From Octopus vulgaris (Eukaryota): a DNA stretch of 64,000 bases. Shown one piece after another: positions 1-12,857 of the stretch. The first letter of the stretch is position 1. Each line of letters opens with the position of its first letter. The DNA lies in contig OX597815.1 of assembly GCA_951406725.2 (NCBI GenBank), positions 66,650,001 to 66,714,000 on the forward strand, given 5' to 3'. The translations under genes were made by a program, and so were the position numbers. Under the pieces are notes generated by a model. It was not told the DNA's origin. It ran no database searches and saw nothing but the letters and a program-made list of their open reading frames with translations.

Positions 1-339
1 TCTTTCTCTCTCTCTCTCTCTTCCCCCTTTCTCTCACTTCCCTTCTCTCCCTTCCACTCTTCTCTCTTCCTCTCTCTCTGATGTACCTTACATGCAAGAT
101 GCGTGTAATATGATTGGTGCCAGTCATCAGGAGCGCGCTGAAATGTACGATTCCCAGCAGAGCTAACAACGAAACTCTGACATCATGCGATACATTATAA
201 AGAGGGTAGGGGTAATAAACCGGGTTTGGTGGGGCTCTAATCTACTGCAGTCAATCCAAACCCTTCGACAATAGCCCAGATGCGGTGGATTACCACATGA
301 ACATGTAGTTAGTTGTAGTCATTTTCGATGAGCTCAGTG

Positions 340-760
340 ATTTACTGTGGTCACAACGTAACATGAATTTCTCAACAAAATTCGAAGTTCACCGAGCAAG
401 GTTACTTATCCTATCTGTTGAATTCTGCTGAGGCGTACACATTGTGTCGTTGGCATAACAAAATATGAGATGCTACTTGTGCCAGTTACGATCCATAATG
501 AACGTTTATTGGTGAGAATACATTTCTAACGAGGACGTCCTGCATGTCTAAATTTGTGTATTGCCGAGTTTGACTTGTGTGAAATTGCATTTGCTTCTTG
601 TGAGATATATGATCCGCATGGAGAATACAAAAATCACCCATACTGTCCTCTACAGCAAGCTGAAATGTGGAAACTGTCGCAGAGGACACCGGAACTCCGT
701 TATAAGGACGCCATCAAGCAACATCTTTAAGAGGTGGATGGCCTGATGGCGTCTGCGTGT
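340..760 (+). mobile_element. Degenerate RTE-clade LINE fragment (post-RT region)
   Basis: CQLRSIMNVYW*EYISNEDVL, IRMENTKITHTVLYSKLKCG and LRYKDAIKQHL match the RTE pattern LRRILxIxWxDxxTNxEVL...RMxxxRxPKxxLYGEL...RYKD. Confidence 0.7.
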
Positions 761-1083
761 GAGAAGAGAATGTCTGACAGCAAATAATGACAGAGAATGT
801 AATAAACAAAAGAGTGAATGCTGCAGAGTCTAACAGTATGAAATAACAAGGAGAAAAGAAAGAAAAAAAAACTAAAATAAAACCCACTACACCAGAACAG
901 TATTATGTAATGATATATGTTCATTTTTTTCCCTCGCGTTTCGGACTTCTGCAATTTTTATTGACAATACATGTATGTGTATGTATACATAATAAATATA
1001 ATGTAATCATGCATGCATATGTTTATACAATAGGATCGTTTATATTTGTTTATCTAAATAATTTAGAGCAAAAAAAGATCGCA

Positions 1084-1904
1084 AGTGTCTTCTACGCCTT
1101 GGGCTGACCAAAGCCTTGTGAGCGGATTTGGTCGACAGAAGCTGAAAAAATCCCGTCGTATATAAATGTAGTGGATCTTGCATGCATGAAGTGGATTTGA
1201 TCCAACATAGCCAAATTTAAATTAACACTGCAACAGAACTGTTCCCACGGTGGAACAATGGTTTTTCTCTGACAGCAGTTTTACATTTTCCAGTTGCCTT
1301 TAGCTAGGCCGAAATAATGTCTTCACCACTTGACCCTTTCTAACCTCTTCTACTTCAAGAAAAGCTAGAATAGAGATAACAAGACCACCAACTAAATCTA
1401 TTGTTCTCAATGATATATCTATCCTTCTGGATAGATATATAAACAAGCACATCCCAAGCAAGAATCAGTTAGTCACCAACCGGTGACAACTCCGTGAGAA
1501 CGAAGTCTGACTAACCAGCTAGAACCTTGGTCAGAGGGAGAAATGAAGTTTACTGTTAGCTACTGTGAGACAACGTCCCACACCCTACAACTCTCACTAG
1601 TTCTAATTCTGTTCTCTTACAACATCATTCTATCTCACTCTGTATTTACTACTAAACAATGAAGAGGACACAAACACAAACTTTACTTCGCATGCTTTTG
1701 GGGTCATCATAACCTGCTCGTCGAGGCAAGGTATTGTAACGTAACGGTAAATAAATATTTCCTTAAAACTTCATACATTGTTCATCTTTCAAAACAACAA
1801 ATTTTTATCGTCACAACTACTGACTCTCACATACCATATTATTGTTTACAATTAATTTCTATCGTTACAACTGGTGACCCTCGACTTCAACAAAAACTTT
1901 ACCG

Positions 1905-1951
<47 letters not shown>

Positions 1952-2163
1952 CATGTGTGTGTGTATCTTTGCGTCTGTGTTTGTTCCCCTACTAACGCTT
2001 GACAACCAGTGTTGGTATTTTTATGTCCCCGTTTCGGGAAAAAAGACCGATAAAGTGAGTACTAGGCTTTAAAAAATGTTCGATTAAATTCCCTGTAAGG
2101 CGATGCCTCAGCATGGTCGCAGTCAAATCACTGAATCAAGTAAAAGATAAAAGATAAAAGATA
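1084..2163 (+). mobile_element. SINE family A split by the LTR-like insertion
   Basis: 5' part at 1084-1160 and 3' part at 1910-2163. Confidence 0.75.
1167..1909 (+). mobile_element. Solo-LTR-like element with tRNA-Trp-like PBS, inserted into a SINE
   Basis: TGTA...TACA ends, TATA-like motif at about 1436, aataaa at about 1750, and aca|ac|tggtgaccctcgac at 1872-1885. No TSD is evident. Confidence 0.5.
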
Positions 2164-2500
2164 CCTATCCCCTTCCTCACGTCAGAGAAATATCTGCAAA
2201 GGCTTGTCTGCAATGAGTGCAGTCAGGGTTGTTTCAGTAACTTTTGAACTACAACACCAAAAAAACGAGCAGAACACCGTTGATAAAGTTCTATTACGAT
2301 ATTAATTATAAAAAATACTTTCCTGCTACTCACCTGATGCCATATCATATGCGATCACGAGTGTTAACGATATGTGTGTGTGTGTGTGTGTAAGGGGGGT
2401 GTATCTTTTACTCTTTTACTTGTTTCAGTCATTTGATTGCGGCCATGTTGAAGCACCGCCTTTAGTCGAGCAAATTGACCCCAGGACTTATTCTTTGTAA

Positions 2501-3015
<515 letters not shown>

Positions 3016-3327
3016 CAGAAGAAAGGCCTGCAAAAACAGCCATGGGCTGGATGTCCCTGGAAGATAAGAGGAAAAAGAGGCTAGCCAATGAAGACACGAC
3101 GTAGTACTCTCAACGAAGACCTACGCAGACTGAAACATCATCTGGAAAGAAGCATACCGGTTGGTCAGATACAGAGATAACTAGTGATCACTGATTGCTC
3201 GATGTGCCGCTCAAAGGCACCGACGGACCTGAGAGAGAGAGATACATACATATAATAGATATGTATGTGTATATATATATATAAATACACATACATATAT
3301 ACACATATATACATACATTTATATATA

Positions 3328-3394
<67 letters not shown>

Positions 3395-3396
<2 letters not shown>

Positions 3397-3701
3397 AGGC
3401 GCAATGACCTAGTGGTTAGGGCAGCGGACTCGCGGTCGTAGGATCGCGGTTTCGATTCCCAGACCGGGCGTTGTGAGTGTTTATTGAGCGAAAACACCTA
3501 AAGCTCCACGAGGCTCCGGCAGGGGGTGGTGGCGATCCCTGCTGTACTCTTTCGCCACAACTTTCACTCTTTCTTCTGTTGGCCTGCTCGCTTAGCCAGC
3601 GGGGTTGGCGTCATTTGAAGGCTAAAACAATGCGAAGCGCATTGTGACCAGCGATGTGCAACAACATCTGATGGCCTGGTCGGTCACGGTGATCACGGTG
3701 A
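3395..3701 (+). mobile_element. SINE family B (tRNA-derived), full length in (TA)n
   Basis: A box tagtggttagg, B box ggtttcgattccc, tail ggtcacggtgatcacggtga. Related copies at about 29680-29820 (-) and 61058-61345 (+). Confidence 0.88.
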
Positions 3702-3842
3702 TATATATATATGTGTATATATATATATATATATTTATATATACATTTATATATATATGTGTACACACATACATATCTACGTTTATATATTTACATGCAT
3801 ACGTACAGACATATGAGTATACATACCCACAATCACGTGATT

Positions 3843-3883
<41 letters not shown>

Positions 3884-5006
3884 GGTATCTACTTATAAGT
3901 ATCTACTATGTAACAACCAACTACTTCTCACTAATGACCAACAAATCACACTACAACAGCTACTTCTTAAACTAAACGAGACACAATACAATGGCCATGC
4001 CACTCGAACAAGTCTTTCTATTCGAAGTTTAAGTAATTACTGACACCTTCACTCCAGTCTTTGCAGTTTTACCCAAATATTCTCTCCGAACATGTTTGAC
4101 CCAACACAAATTAGGTTTCTTTTCTCTTTAGTATTGGAAAACTTATTTGTGCAAGTCACCGTTTTCAATCACGCTGCTCACCGTGCAAATGATGATTTAT
4201 TATCGGTTGGGAAATATCAGCGAAAAGTTTGTTCATTGAAATTATAAGCATTGAAATTATAAGCAAGAAATTATAAGTGTTGTTAGACTCATTGGTCCTG
4301 GCAGACACTTGTCGAAACACTGGTGCTCCATAACCCCTTGCGTTGATGAGGTAGAGGCGGCGGCAGTGGTGGTGATGGTAGAGGTGGTGGTAGGAAGATG
4401 ATGGCGATGCTTTGATCCTATTGCTGGGATATTTGTTCCATAAAATGGCCGAACAAGTAAAGAGTTGTAATAAACAGCCCATGGGTTATGAGTTTAAATC
4501 CGCTACTAACGTTTCGTTATGTTTTGGGATAGATCACGTTATTCCGTAGCCGATCAACCTCAGACTTCGTTAAATATCTTGGTTCGAACAGCTAGGAACG
4601 GAAGCTATTATAGCCACGATAAATAAAAAAAAAACAGAAAGGAGAGGCAATATACGTGTGGGCCAGAGACTGGATTGTGTCCGTTAATGGTTGAATGCCA
4701 ACCAGTGACCCTTCTCCAGATGTGGCCCAAGATGTCTATGGATAGCAGCAGCAGCACCTCCCAGAGGTGTTGATTTGTTTGCGACCCCGTAACTTAGCCA
4801 TTCGGCAAAACAAACCGATTAAGTACCAGACTAAAATCTTACAAGGCGATGCCCCAGCATATCTGCAATACAATGGCTGAAACAAATAAAAGGTATAAGA
4901 TTTATGCGTGAAAGGACTTGATCAAGGTATTCAAAAATTGAATTGTACGATATCCCCAAAATACATTATTTACATTTGACTGATATTTGTCCTCATCTTG
5001 TTTGTT

Positions 5007-5052
5007 AACACAATGTTTCGGTTGATATACCCTCCAGCCTTCATCGGGTGTT
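5007..5052 (-). ncRNA. Degenerate minimal hammerhead-like motif in a short repeat (about 4970-5105)
   Basis: AACAC-CCGAUGA-A-GGCUG-gaggguauau-CAACC-GAAA-CA-UU-GUGUU. Confidence 0.5.
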
Positions 5053-6154
5053 TTGGGGAAATTTCGAACCTGGGTTCTCATTCCTAAAGTATTTTTCGAT
5101 GTTGTTGTTATTATAACATCGAAAAATAATATCTTAATGTTAATTTGTAATTGTTTTTAAGCCAGTTCATATAAAGTATATGTAGCAAACTCTAGTGAGC
5201 TTCCTCTCTTATGTTAAGTACATACGAACGTAGCAGGTAACAGCTAACCTTTGGAGCTGTTTTGGACCCCGTTGTGTCTACTCCGATTGGTTGATATTGG
5301 CGCAATATCACTTTCTCTATCGCGTGCCAATATGAAACCCAATCAATCTCAGCCTTCAAATAAGTCGTGTGAGACAGTCTGTTCCAAACAAGCATTTGAG
5401 CCAATCCATCAGCTATAAAAGCTCACCTCTTCCTAGGCTCGGCGTCAGTTGGTTCTAGACTTCCATAGGTCTAACCACTGACCACCTTGCAGCAACCTCC
5501 ATCTTCGTCGCCACACCAGATGTCTCTCACCAGCGTCGTCAACGTCTACACAGCACCAACACACTGCTCTGGTTCCTACATCGCTGTTCGTGAGCTTCTC
5601 ACCAGGGTTAACGGCTTACATACAAACAACGCAGAAGCCTGTAGATATATATAAATGTACATCAACCTTCCATGCAGCGTGCGCGCGCGCGCGCGTGTGT
5701 GTGTGACAACAATAAACGTGTTTAAAGTTACCACCTTTTGTTTTATACATTCTTTACCGGGTTCCTGCCACCACAATAACATAACAGCCTCCTGAGAGTC
5801 TCATTAGATGATATATAATAACATATAACATCTAAATATATATATAAGTTTTATTGCTAACAGACTACGAGTGACGCTGAAGTCATCCGTTTTCGATACT
5901 CTTTTAAAACATATCACTTCACTTCACTTCACTTAAACTAAGGAAGTTTATAATGCAGAAAATAGTTGTTTCCATGGGATAAGTTATATTTAAATCACTA
6001 CCTGAAGATAAAGTGTTCAATGGCGACTAACGACCAAATTATTGTTGGTACATTTTAATTTTCTGTATATGTAAAGTAACCGTTGTCAGAAATGCCAGGC
6101 ACCGAAAAAGAAGCCAGTAGTTCATATACCGAAGATTTTGTATTACACCATCGT

Positions 6155-6550
6155 TGGTAAGTAGCTTGCTTACGAACCACATGGTTCCGGGTTCAGTCCA
6201 ACTACGTGGCACCTTGGGCAAGTGTCTTCTACTATAGCCTCGGGCCAACCAATGTCTTGTGAGTGGATTTGGTAGACGGAAACTGAAAGAAGCCCGTCGT
6301 ATATATGTATATATATAGGTATGTGTGTGTATATGTTTGTGTGTCTGTATTTGTCCCCCCAACATCGCTTTACAACCGATGCTGGTGTATTTACGTACCC
6401 GTAAATTAGCGGTTCGGCAAAATAGACCGATAGTATAAGTACTAGGCTTACAAAGAATAAGTCCTGGGGTCGATTTGCTCGACTAAAGGTGATGCTCCAG
6501 CATGGCCACAGTCAAATGACTGAAACAAGTAAAAGAGTAAAAAGAGTAAA
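6155..6550 (+). mobile_element. SINE family A (tRNA-derived, Octopus-type), near full length
   Basis: B-box-like ggttcagtcc, cttgggcaagtgtcttct core, central microsatellite and (aaaagagt)n tail. More than 15 related copies occur in the window. Confidence 0.9.
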
Positions 6551-7024
6551 TCTGTATAAAGATTTAAAATGAGATCCAAAGAGTGGGGACAATAAACTTC
6601 GTTTTAAATATTGAGAATACCGTACTGCAGTTTTTGTTCTAGTTGTTTTTGTTATTATTGTTGTCATTATTGTTGCAGTAGTTTTTATTACAGTTGTCGT
6701 CGTCGACACAGTTGTTAATGTCTTCGAGAAAGCAATAACTTCCTCGAAGCAGTTGTTTTTCTGTCTTCGAGGAAGCAATAACTTCTCCACAACAACAAAT
6801 TGCAACACACATGATGCAATACATTTAGAATATTGCATCAGAACAAAATCTATTTCTCACTCTTTCACTTTGCATTACACTTACGTATATTTACTTATTG
6901 TATTACATTACATTACATAGCACAAGGACACGGATGTATTCAGCACACAAGCATATCTGAGCGGGGTTTTCCCATAAATTTTGCTTTCACACATGAAAAC
7001 GAAACTACACATTCGCCGACCCGC

Positions 7025-7085
<61 letters not shown>

Positions 7086-7317
7086 TATGTATGTACGTCT
7101 CTCTTTCTTTCTCACTCTCACACTTTCAATATAATATAAATATGTATATAAATATGTATTTATATATATATATATATATATATATAAGTTTTTGTCAAAT
7201 TATATACAGAAAATATTAAACTGAAAGATTACTCAATACATTTTAGTAGAGTACATGAGTACATATTTATAGATCCTTACAAGAAGTGTGTCAGTGACTT
7301 GAAAGTTTCGGCTTGCT

Positions 7318-7352
<35 letters not shown>

Positions 7353-7389
7353 TCTTCTGTCAAAATCTCTTGAATTGAGAACATATCTC

Positions 7390-7665
7390 ACTTCACCCTT
7401 CCAAAGTTATCGTGCTGGAGGACTTCAAAATCTACAACTCTTCGTGGATCTCTCACACTTCCCACACCGATATCGCTGGTACTGAAACGGAATCTTGTAC
7501 ATGTATCCAGATCGACGCTTAGATTACTCAACTAAATGCCCGTGATCGACTCTTAGTCTGGTACGTCCCAAGTACGTCTGGTCTCTTTCTCACCTTCATA
7601 CCTAATTTATATCAAACTACAACTATTTTGCACCGATTAGGTCATCCGACCGCTGCCTATAACGT
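7390..7665 (+). mobile_element. LINE AP-endonuclease fragment (CR1/Jockey-like)
   Basis: VIVLEDFKIYNSSW...HTDIAG and GLFLT...SSDRCL resemble the GDFN, DLxLT and SDH motifs. Confidence 0.55.
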
Positions 7666-8075
7666 TCTCTAGCCCTCAGAGCCAGTTGGCTCATGCCACA
7701 ACCACTAATGTATTCCTGACCCACTCGACTTACCTTTCAGCACCCTTGTTGTGTCCAACCCCAACCCATCCTCCGCTCTAATCACTACACTCAGTCCTTC
7801 CTCCTCTGAAATTCCCTTTCTCATCATGTTTTTTTTTTCTCCCAGCTGTTAACTTATAAAGGCACGAGAGTAACTTTAATGGTACACAAACTCACCAATT
7901 TAAGGAATCCCGCGAGGCTCATTGGTACTGCACCTTTCTCCAGACCCAGCACGTAATTGTGTGTGTGTGTACGTATGTATATACGTAAGTATGAACGTAC
8001 GAAAACATGCATTTGTATATGTATATATGCATGTATATGTGTTTAGATAGATAGATAGATAGATAGATACATACA

Positions 8076-8109
<34 letters not shown>

Positions 8110-9419
8110 GATAAAGACAGACTTATATATATGTTTGTATGTGCGCGTGTGTGTATGTATGTATTGTATTGTATGTATGCATCTGTGTAAATACACATAT
8201 ACAGATAGTTTTGCATATTGAAAGCCTTCGCTTGGCTAAGATTACCCTTATTATTAAAACTCAATAACTTCTCAGGGAGTTCTTTGAAATGTAAAGCAAA
8301 TATGTGGGTATTTGGCATAGAAGATATCTTTTATCGATCAAGAAGTGAAAATTTAATTCCGAAATCACGTTTAGTACAAGATATTCTTTGTCTTTTTAAC
8401 TGTCAGTGTGTGGTTGTGAGTCACTAAAATCAGTTCCTTCTGTAATATTATGTGTGATTATGTGTGTGAGTCATTCAACGCATTCTTTTACAGTTACGTG
8501 TGTGTACGTATATGTATCAGTCTGTGTATACACTCACAAACGCGCGTGCGCACACATACACACACACATCTGTATGTATATGTATGTATATATGTGTGTG
8601 TGGGGGGGTACCTACTACATGTGTGGAAAATCGGTGGGTATTTGTTTGTGGCGTTGTTAGTAAACTCCTCCCACATCGTTTTATTGATTTTGATGAAACT
8701 TGACACGTGAGTAGAACTCGTGTCTGGAAACCTCGTGACATACTTAAATTGTTGAAAAATATCTATAATACGGCCCCTGGAAGGGACCTTTATATCTACC
8801 CCATATAACTATTTTTTAAACACCCAAGGGAAATAACCCATAGCATTTGCACTATTTTTTAAACAGTCAAGGGAAATAATCTATTTCATTGTTTATGTTC
8901 AATTACTTTGAATATTGATTTTTTTGTGTGTCCAATTTCTAATTTTTGCAGATAATATCACTTAATTTGACACGTGAGCAGAACTCATGTCTGGAAACCT
9001 CGTGACATACTTAGATTGTTGAAAAAAAATCGATAATAGCTCTTCCAATGAATCCTTCTATCTACTACATATTGCTAATATTTTATTTAAACAACCCAAG
9101 GGAAATGACCCATACCACCTGCAATTTTTAGCGAAGCTATCTACATTTGATTCTCACGATCAGCTGACCTAATTCTGCATTTCACTACTCAGTTTTGAAC
9201 TGCTAAACATTATTATTGCACTTTCTTCAAACACTTCATTCATATATTTATATAACTTCTCTTACCAACTGCCGACAATCTTTCTCTTTAACCTCCGAAA
9301 ACCTCTCTCGCCAACCGCCAACAATCTCTCCCTCCTCCAACTGACAGTTTTTTGTACTTTTTCGTGACATGACTTATAAACACCTTCTACGCTGGAATTG
9401 TTTATATATATATATATAG

Positions 9420-10216
9420 AAAGTTGAACACTTCACATACCTTCGAAGTATCCTTTCGAAGACCCTCACGAAAAGGACGTGGAGAACCGGATTAGGGCGG
9501 TCCATCCCGCCGTTAGCAGATTCAACCAACGTGTATTCTTCAATCACGTGCTGGCCATTCGGACAAAGATCATGATCTTCCGTGCCATTGTCCTGTCAAC
9601 TCTACTCTACGCTTGTGAGACTTGGACGTTGTACCGCCGTGACTTCAAGCGCCTTGAATGCTTCCAGCTATTGAAGCTACGACAGATCCTCAACACACAA
9701 TGAAAAGATCACGTTACCAACAACGAAGTTCTTCACCGCGCCTCACTACCAAGTGTCGAATCCACCATTCATCGCCATCGTCTCCGCTGGGCAAGTCACC
9801 TCCAGCGTATAGAACCCTCCCAAGGATCATGCTCTACGGAGAACTTGCAATCGAAACAAGACCCAGAGGAGGTCCAAAATTCCGTTTTAAAGACCAGCTC
9901 AAATGGACCTTGACTTAAGCTAACATCCAGCCATCCTCATTGGAACAGATTGCCATGGATAGGACAGCCTGGAGGACTGCACTCCGCAATGGAGCCAGCT
10001 ACTTCGAGTAGAACAGATAACAGAATGAGGAGGCAAATCGCAGGAGAAGAAAGAAGCGTCTTCAATATCATCGACCTGCACCGACCATCCCGTGCGAGTT
10101 CTGCCCACGACTCTTTCACCGCGGACTTGAACTCCAAAGTCACTTTCGGCACAAACATCAGCCAAGGAGACTGGATGGGAACTGATGAACCCAATGCTCG
10201 GATACGAGCTGGAGCC

Positions 10217-10220
<4 letters not shown>
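9420..10220 (+). mobile_element. 5'-truncated RTE (BovB-like) LINE pseudo-ORF with C-terminal C2H2 finger
   Basis: TKIMIFRAIVLSTLLYACETWTLYRRD...LRQILN, LPRIMLYGEL...RPRGGPKFRFKDQLK and CEFCPRLFHRGLELQSHFRHKH, with stops and frameshifts. Flanked by (TA)n. Confidence 0.9.
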
Positions 10221-10260
<40 letters not shown>

Positions 10261-10642
10261 TATATTGAGGGTACTACTATTCGTAGATACCAACACGCTA
10301 AGAGGGACCAATGCGGTCAAAACTACTAAAAATAAACAAAATTTTACCGAATGCAAAACTTCAAAACACATCATTTTAAAAAGAATTCAGTTACATATCA
10401 CATGTGATTTCGCATTTAATGCAGAATATGCATTTCATGTTCGTCAGTGCAACAAACTCAAGAAATATAAGAAAAAACATAACATTACAAACTCGATAGC
10501 CAACCGTAGAATTCGTCGTAGCATGTACGAATGTTTATCCTTACATATCTATGAAAATGGCGGGCTTTTTCGCAATGCATTTCGGTAACAAATTGCCTAG
10601 TCGGAATAAAAATTCAGTATTGAACTATTCCGGTGAAAAAAT

Positions 10643-10702
<60 letters not shown>

Positions 10703-10952
10703 AATAATGAGGGTAGAAATTAATATTATTAATTAAGATTAATTTAAACTAGTGGCTAGCATACTTAAAAAATGCCCGAGGATTATGAATTATATTACAT
10801 ATATAAATAAGAGGAATAGCCACCAAGGTGGATTCCTAACATGCTAGAAGAAGACGCCGAATCGCCTTACCGCGAATATGTTGTCAAAAATTTTACCAAA
10901 TGCCAGAATGTATGCGAGCAAGACAAATGAGAGGAGACAAAATAGAGCAATT

Positions 10953-11021
10953 AACTCCATATCTTAAGATTTCGCTATCAACGATCACTTACGTGATCAT
11001 CTATAGCTCTTCAGTGAAGTC
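10953..11021 (-). ncRNA. Type I hammerhead ribozyme with long stem II
   Basis: GACUUCA-CUGAAGA-GCUAU(aga UGAUCAC guaa GUGAUCG uug)AUAGC-GAAA-UCUUAAGA-UA^UGGAGUU. Intact core, 7-bp stem I, palindromic stem III. Confidence 0.85.
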
Positions 11022-11076
11022 ATTGCAGGACAAATAATCCGCGGAACTAGATACAAAACGTTTTGTGTCCGGCAAC

Positions 11077-11145
11077 GACTTCATTGAAGAGCTACGGATG
11101 ATCATGTTAGTGATCGTTGATAGCGAAATCTTAAGGTATGGAGTC
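11077..11145 (+). ncRNA. Hammerhead ribozyme, mirror copy with a C3->U core change
   Basis: GACUUCA-UUGAAGA-GCUA...UAGC-GAAA-UCUUAAGG-UA^UGGAGUC. Confidence 0.65.
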
Positions 11146-11467
11146 TCCTCTCATTTGTTTTGCTCGCATACATTCTGGCGTTTGCTAAAATTTTTGAGAA
11201 CATATTCTTCGTAATAAGGCGATTTGGCGTCTTCTCGCATATTAGAAATCTACCTTGGTGGCTGTTCCTCTTATATATATATATAAACTTACTTGGAAAT
11301 ATCGTTCAATGCTCGAAATAGGGAGTAGCTAGACAGCCGATAAATGATGAAGGGTCGTTCTTTATGTTGCTTGTCTTGTTTTCCATTTATTTCTCTCGTT
11401 TATATATAATATATAATATATATATATTATTTATATTATTATATATATATATATATGCATATATATA

Positions 11468-11559
<92 letters not shown>

Positions 11560-12476
11560 AACAATCTTACTTAGAAATGGATGCGTGCGTTCCGTCATAT
11601 AATAAATTAATAAATAAATAAAACACATGCATATATACATACATATATGTACGTACCTACCTCTACATGTATATATGCATGCATATATGGGTACAGGACA
11701 CCAAAAAAACGACGAACACAATGAGAAACGAAAACATAAACACAAAACCAAGGAAATGGACATTTTTCTTAAACAACGAAAAAATAGAGTACAGGACATA
11801 CAAAACAAGGAAAACTCCCCTTCTTCAGTCGCCTTTGTTTCATCTACTCCACGTTTCGAAGGTCAAGGCGATACATGACTTTAATGAAACAATCCTTCCC
11901 GCGAAAATCAAATTAAATAAAATTTGAGATTTTTTTGAGGAGGGGTAAAAATGGTAGCAAAAACAGGACAGTAACAACAGTACAAAATATAAACAGTAAA
12001 AGACAGGACAAGGAGAATAACAGTAACACAAAAAGAAGGGCTGTTAAGCCGAACGAGATAAAAAATTTTACGAACGCTATTTTTTGAGAACGGCGAAGGA
12101 GCAACAGAAAGTGCCGTCTCTACCTGAAGGCAGCCAGGACAGAAAGACAGTAGCAGAGTTCTCGTCGCGGGTCAACGACGGGAGGGAGGAGGAGGAGTAA
12201 GAGAAAGGGAGAGAAAAAAAGGGAATGAAGAATGAGAGAGAGAGAGAAAATAAGTTTTAGTAGAACAATTCAAACTTTTTGTGGCGTCCAAAATAATATA
12301 TTTCTAATAAATATTCTTCATATCAAATTAATAGCTTGCTATAGCAAGCATTTAAAATATGAAAATAACAAGTAAAAAGTTTGTTATAGGCATACATAAG
12401 ATAAAATCTTATATAAAACACTACTAGTAGTGTTTTATATAAGATATTCTTATACATGCCTATAACAAACTTTTTA

Positions 12477-12555
<79 letters not shown>

Positions 12556-12857
12556 CAAAGCAATGAATAGCTTATGAATTGCTTTCTGATTTTTTAATCA
12601 TCTCATAATAATGACTTTTATTACTACCTCAGTCCATCTAAATGTATATATCTGTCGTTACCTTTCATAAAAAGCCTTTTCTTTTTTTTATTTACAATGT
12701 GCATTTTCGTTGATTTTTCATATTTTCCCCTTACATTTCCACGTGTATTTTATATTTTCTTTTTGCAACAAATTTCTACTATATATATATATATATATAT
12801 ATTATATATTATATATATATAAAACAAAAATTGGTGAGGTATTTCCACGCAGGAAAA

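Larger units (their letters stand above)
10807..11274. mobile_element. Fold-back element (about 220-bp inverted arms) with one HHR in each arm, Penelope-pLTR-like
   Basis: ataagaggaatagccaccaagg... is mirrored by ...ccttggtggctgttcctcttat. The element is flanked by TA-rich sequence. Confidence 0.8.

Noticed and set aside
3395-3470. tRNA gene
   Set aside because: The tRNA-like head continues into a SINE body with other copies in the window.
5192-5404. 70-aa ORF, possibly a LINE C-terminus
   Set aside because: No diagnostic motif.
8610-9370. Helentron/DINE-like element with internal 60-bp duplication (8700 and 8967)
   Set aside because: The duplication is real, but the termini and diagnostic hairpins could not be defined.
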